Positions 60,135 to 64,000 of a DNA stretch of 64,000 nucleotides are shown piece by piece. The translations under genes were made by a program, and so were the position numbers. Below the pieces are notes generated by a model. It made no database searches, was not told the origin of the DNA, and saw nothing but the letters and a program-made list of their open reading frames with translations. The stretch comes from Candidatus Paceibacter sp. (GTDB lineage Bacteria > Patescibacteriota > Minisyncoccia > UBA6257 > 02-FULL-45-10c). Each line of letters starts with the position of its first letter. The stretch's first letter is position 1. The stretch spans positions 6,116-70,115 of the forward strand of contig DYGE01000005.1 of assembly GCA_020724845.1 (NCBI GenBank), written 5' to 3'.

Positions 60135-61865
60135 TTATAGCTCCTCCGTTTCTCTTAAAACCTCTTCCAGGCTCACCAAGCCATCCAAGGCCTTCAGAAT
60201 GCCATCTTGCCGCATTGCTATCATACCCTGCCTTCGCGCCTCTTCCAAAAGCTTAGCTTCGCTGAATCCGGAATTTATTACCTCCTGCAATTGAGGGGTC
60301 ATGATTAAGGCCTCAAAAATCGCAACCCTGCCGACAGTGCCTTTCTCATTGCATTCTTTGCAGCCGGCCGCTCTGTAAATTTTGACATCTTTTATTTTTT
60401 TTCTGGTTTCCGCCGGCATCTTTTCCAATTCCCTGTTAAGAATTTCCCCCAACTTTCCGGACGGGACTTCGGCTTTCTTGCAATTCTGGCAAAGCCGGCC
60501 CAACAACCGCTGAGCCATCATCAAATTTAAAGAAGACGGGAGCAGAAAGCTGTCAACTTGCATATCAATCAAGCGAGGGATGACTCCAAGCGCGTTATTA
60601 GTGTGGAGAGTAGAAAGCACAATATGCCCGGTAAGGGCGGCATTAATGGTAAGTTGGGCGGTTTCTTTATCCCGCACCTCTCCCACCATAATAACATCCG
60701 GGTCTTGCCTCAAAATCTGCCTCAATCCGGAAGCAAAAGTATAGCCGATCTCCGGCTTCACTTGCGATTGGTTGACGCCTTCAAGGTAATATTCAACCGG
60801 ATCCTCCAAGCTGACTATATTCACATCCGGAGTATTTAAAATCTGGAAAATAGCGTAAAGCGTGGTGCTCTTTCCGGAACCGGTCGGACCAGTAACTAGA
60901 ATTAAGCCGTACGGCTTATCAATCGCCTCTCTGACTATTTCCGCGTTCCTGCCAATCAGCCCCAGCCCCTCTAAATCCTTCAGGCCGACAGTCGGGTCAA
61001 GAATTCGGAGAGCCACCTTTTCCCCATTGGGCGTCGGGAAGGTCGCAACACGAAAATCAATATCTCTTCCGAAAATAATGGAGCGAAATCGGCCGTCCTG
61101 CGGCACCCTAGTCTCATCCAATTTCAAGCTGGCCAGAACTTTAATTCTTGAAATAAATGGCTGATGAATTTCCGGCGGCATCTTGCTGACCTCTATAAGA
61201 TCGCCGTTAACTCGGAACCGAACCCGGAAGCTGGAGCGCTGCGGCTCAAGGTGTATGTCTGAAGCTCCCACGTTAATCGCCTCTTTCAAAGTAGAGGCTA
61301 CAAGCTTGATAACCGGAGCCTCCTCGGCTGTCTTTGCTCCTTCTTCTATTCCGACAATCTTCCCGCCGGCCGCGGTAAACTTTGAAGACTTCAGATTCAG
61401 CGACTGCAGAGCCTCCTCCACTTCATCTTTATAGGGAGAATACTTCCGCATCACCAAGTCAAAATCTCCCGGAGTAATAAGATAAACTCCGAGGTTAATC
61501 TTTTGCTGCTTAGCCACGAAACGCAAAGCTTCTTGGGCTTGGGCATTGGTCGGTTCCAGCATCCCGACCACTAGCATATCCTTGGTTTTGGACAGCGGCA
61601 CAACTTTATAAGTTCGGGCGACTTCCTCGCTGATGCTGGAAAGCAATTCCTTAGTTATGGTATCTAAATTAATTTTCCGAAAAGGAATACTTAAAATCTT
61701 GCTTTTTACTTTTGCCACCTCCTCTTCATCTATCAAATTGCGATCATAAATAAGCTGTTCGGCAGTTCTTCCAATAGCCGCAGCTTCTCCCTGTATTTTA
61801 TTAGCCGCGTCCTGCGCCAACAGGCCGGCAGCAACCAAATTTTCTAAAAGTTTTTTATCGTCCAC
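60135..61865 (-). CDS. pilB: Type IV pilus assembly ATPase PilB (GspE family)
   Basis: N-terminal GSPII_E_N domain, Walker A ILVTGPTGSGKSTT, tetracysteine CQNC...CKEC. Confidence 0.9.
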   Translation of the reverse strand: MDDKKLLENLVAAGLLAQDAANKIQGEAAAIGRTAEQLIYDRNLIDEEEVAKVKSKILSIPFRKINLDTITKELLSSISEEVARTYKVVPLSKTKDMLVVGMLEPTNAQAQEALRFVAKQQKINLGVYLITPGDFDLVMRKYSPYKDEVEEALQSLNLKSSKFTAAGGKIVGIEEGAKTAEEAPVIKLVASTLKEAINVGASDIHLEPQRSSFRVRFRVNGDLIEVSKMPPEIHQPFISRIKVLASLKLDETRVPQDGRFRSIIFGRDIDFRVATFPTPNGEKVALRILDPTVGLKDLEGLGLIGRNAEIVREAIDKPYGLILVTGPTGSGKSTTLYAIFQILNTPDVNIVSLEDPVEYYLEGVNQSQVKPEIGYTFASGLRQILRQDPDVIMVGEVRDKETAQLTINAALTGHIVLSTLHTNNALGVIPRLIDMQVDSFLLPSSLNLMMAQRLLGRLCQNCKKAEVPSGKLGEILNRELEKMPAETRKKIKDVKIYRAAGCKECNEKGTVGRVAIFEALIMTPQLQEVINSGFSEAKLLEEARRQGMIAMRQDGILKALDGLVSLEEVLRETEEL

Positions 61866-61868
61866 AAC

Positions 61869-62159
61869 CTAAAAACTAATAAATGGATTCGCCCTCCCCG
61901 CTTCTCCGACCGATGGCCTGTCTATGTAACGGCGCAGCGACTTGAATGAATCGCTGTTAACTACCCCCGCAGGATCGAAGCGAATGCCGGAGAGCTCCGA
62001 AGTAGAGCGCACAGCCGGAGGAGCTATAACCTCTATGACCGGAGTCGGGGCAAAAAACAAAAAGTAGATGCCCCCGCCGATAACAATCAGGGCCGCCAGG
62101 ATCCCTGCCAATATTTTCCAATTTATTTGCCTTTCTTCTCCGCCTAGAACTATTGCCAT
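61869..62159 (-). CDS. Hypothetical single-TM protein in the pilus operon (possible PilP-like component)
   Basis: 96 aa with TM ILAGILAALIVIGGGIYFLFF, lying between pilO and pilB. Confidence 0.4.
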   Translation of the reverse strand: MAIVLGGEERQINWKILAGILAALIVIGGGIYFLFFAPTPVIEVIAPPAVRSTSELSGIRFDPAGVVNSDSFKSLRRYIDRPSVGEAGRANPFISF

Positions 62160-62162
62160 AAA

Positions 62163-62732
62163 TTATTGGGGTTGATAATAAGTATCGACTGTTAAGGTGT
62201 AGAGATATATGTCCTGATCCGGCCGGCCGGCCAAGCCGATAGTCAGAGATCGAACATCCATGATCCTGATATTTGTTTCCAGCAGCTGCAAAAACCTCTT
62301 GATTCCAGAATAGCTTCCAGCCAAATCCAGTTGTAGCCTCAAAGTACCCAGGCCGCGAGCCGAAGATAATCTGGAAACTGGCGGCTTGATAGGAAGATTA
62401 TTTATGCCTACCGACTGCACTAGAACACCGCTGGAGCCGGCCATAGCATTTATCTGAGCAATAACTGAAGAAACGGATTCCTCGTTCGGCAGAGCAAGGG
62501 ACAAAGACTCCCCCAACCGGGAAACGCTCTGGTACTGCGCGATCAAGTTTTGCACTTGCGTAATTGCCGTACGCTCTTCTTCCAGGAAAAGAGTTTTGGA
62601 CTCCAATTCTCCACGCAACTGATTAACCCTCTCATATTCCGGACTAATTAGAGTCGCGTAAATAACCAAAGAGGTTATCAACAAAGCCGCTGAAAGAAGT
62701 ATGCTAAGCGCTCTTTTGGCTGATGGTTGCAT
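62163..62732 (-). CDS. pilO: Pilus assembly protein PilO
   Basis: N-terminal TM then a coiled coil, 189 aa, in the position after pilN. Confidence 0.65.
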   Translation of the reverse strand: MQPSAKRALSILLSAALLITSLVIYATLISPEYERVNQLRGELESKTLFLEEERTAITQVQNLIAQYQSVSRLGESLSLALPNEESVSSVIAQINAMAGSSGVLVQSVGINNLPIKPPVSRLSSARGLGTLRLQLDLAGSYSGIKRFLQLLETNIRIMDVRSLTIGLAGRPDQDIYLYTLTVDTYYQPQ

Positions 62733-62751
62733 TGATAAATATTGACTTAAA

Positions 62752-63297
62752 TTATTTTAATAGGTCAGCGCGCAAATTCAGAACTACCCTGAATTCAACA
62801 AGGTCTCCGCTTGTTTCCGACCTGCTTAAGCTATAACGATTCACCTCTTCAGATTGGTCGAAAATTTCCAGCTGCTCGGATAAAGCCGTAAGATCCCCGG
62901 CAAACCCAGTCAGCTCTAGCTCGCTCCCGGAAACTCCCAAGCTGGCGTTAGTGTAATAAACCTGCTGATGAGTTGTCTGCTCAAGCAGCGGAAAAAGATT
63001 GGAAACAAGCGCGTGATCGTTTAAGAGACCCTCTAAATTCACCAACTGCGAATAAAATTTTACGAATTGCTCCTGATCCTCCCTGGGCACGCTGGCGGCC
63101 AGTTGGTCAATCTCGTTTTCTACTTCCCTTAACTGCGAGGCAAGATATGGGCCGTAGCCGAAAGCCAAGCCCGCGTAAACCAAAACCGCGAATAAGAATA
63201 TGGCGGATACAATAGAAAGAAGGCGCCAGGGCCAGCCGACAGGTATCTTTTCCGGCTCAAATTGCTCTAAAGGATTCTGATTATATTCTTGCGCCAT
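62752..63297 (-). CDS. pilN: Pilus assembly protein PilN
   Basis: Short cytoplasmic N-terminus, TM, periplasmic coiled coil; 181 aa. Confidence 0.65.
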   Translation of the reverse strand: MAQEYNQNPLEQFEPEKIPVGWPWRLLSIVSAIFLFAVLVYAGLAFGYGPYLASQLREVENEIDQLAASVPREDQEQFVKFYSQLVNLEGLLNDHALVSNLFPLLEQTTHQQVYYTNASLGVSGSELELTGFAGDLTALSEQLEIFDQSEEVNRYSLSRSETSGDLVEFRVVLNLRADLLK

Positions 63298-63331
63298 AAA
63301 ATATTCTTTTATAAAACAAATATTAAAATGC

Positions 63332-64000
63332 TTATTTAAATCTTCTCAATCCCAGGCCGATCGCTACCGCGAATTCCGGACCGAGATCGTTCGCGAGCGG
63401 ATCCAACTTAGCGCCATACTTGACCCGAGAGAATGGATTTGCTTTTTTGGTAGGTAATCCCATTTCGCCTTGAATATAGTCGGATATACCCAACAAATTT
63501 GCCCCCCCTCCGGCGAGAATAACTTGTTTTAAGGGTTCGCCGTATTTACTTTCATAACCTTCCTTCACTCGCCTCGCCTCCTTTATTATAACATCCAGAA
63601 TAGGCAGCATTAAAGTGGATAACTCATATTCTCCGCCCACCCCCTTCAGGCCTCTTTGTTTTTTAAGATCCTCCGCCTTGGCAAGCGGAATATTAAGCCC
63701 CGATGAAATGGTTTGAGTAAAAGAGCTTCCAGCGAAGTCTATTTGTCCGGCAATCTTTAAGCCTCCCTTTTTTGCTACGGAAAAAGCCGTAGACCTGGCT
63801 CCAATATCAATAATTAAAAGCGGCTCCTCAATATCCCTAGTTAAAGCCCTGGCAATACTAAGGCCCTCAATCTCTAAAGCTGTAAGATTCAGGCCCGCGC
63901 CCTGAAAAATGTTCTTGTATTTTTGTATATATTCGTTGGGAACGGAAATAAGAAGAATCTGCTGGGTTACATTTCCCTTCTCATCTCTCCGCTCTCCCGC
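63332..64000 (-). CDS. pilM: Pilus assembly ATPase-like protein PilM (partial; N-terminus beyond the window end)
   Basis: Actin-like fold C-terminus ...VILAGGGANLLGISDYIQGEMGLPTKKANPFSRV... The frame stays open to 64000. Confidence 0.7.
   Translation of the reverse strand, partial: AGERRDEKGNVTQQILLISVPNEYIQKYKNIFQGAGLNLTALEIEGLSIARALTRDIEEPLLIIDIGARSTAFSVAKKGGLKIAGQIDFAGSSFTQTISSGLNIPLAKAEDLKKQRGLKGVGGEYELSTLMLPILDVIIKEARRVKEGYESKYGEPLKQVILAGGGANLLGISDYIQGEMGLPTKKANPFSRVKYGAKLDPLANDLGPEFAVAIGLGLRRFK

Overview
This 64-kb window looks like a streamlined, mostly minus-strand bacterial chromosome segment of about 48% GC. Several proteins are shorter than usual (SMC 726 aa, ThrRS without a TGS domain, short PheT), Shine-Dalgarno sequences are nearly absent, rplK is not followed by rplA, and the type IV pilus locus has no secretin. 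Together these suggest a Candidate Phyla Radiation / Patescibacteria-like genome; that is an inference, not a database result. The genetic code is standard: TGA and TAG both terminate recognisable genes.

Contents, in order:
- 1-2149: a partial giant secreted protein with tail-fiber-like repeats.
- 2.2-9.2 kb: smc-like, ftsH, rnc, nusB, rpmF (missed by the ORF track) and a trypsin-like protease.
- 9.3-12.5 kb: dnaE.
- 12.5-13.3 kb: two tandem paralogous DUF2384-like proteins.
- 13.4-26.9 kb: thrS, gatB, a dGTPase-like HD protein, tmk, rplK-nusG-secE, gyrB, and a CoA cluster (coaD-HD fusion, methyltransferase, coaB-like) followed by a HIT protein.
- 27.0-35.7 kb: an M13 peptidase, a membrane-anchored clan-A glycoside hydrolase, a GH1 beta-glucosidase, and pheT/pheS.
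- 36.3-43.6 kb: a tRNA-rich accessory stretch. It holds tRNA-Met, a GLUG/TSP3 surface protein, initiator tRNA-fMet, an NlpC/P60 + C39-like peptidase + membrane-protein module, a GC-rich foreign small-gene cassette and tRNA-Asp.
- 43.7-48.7 kb: gatA, gatC and ligA.
- 48.8-64.0 kb: a large type IV pilus locus. It has FN3/PKD/PA14-like secreted giants, minor pilins, prepilin peptidase, major pilin, pilC, pilT, pilB and pilO/N/M.

Most unusual observations:
- a four-copy family of hairpin-array repeats filling intercistronic gaps
- two large structured palindromic elements
- an in-frame amber codon splitting an FN3 domain of a pilus-locus adhesin-like giant
- a shared C-terminal EVRP motif on two secreted pilus-locus proteins
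- a duplicated pilin promoter and 5' segment with a truncated pilin remnant
- a compact high-GC expression cassette in an AT-rich host
- orphan tandem DUF2384 antitoxin-like genes
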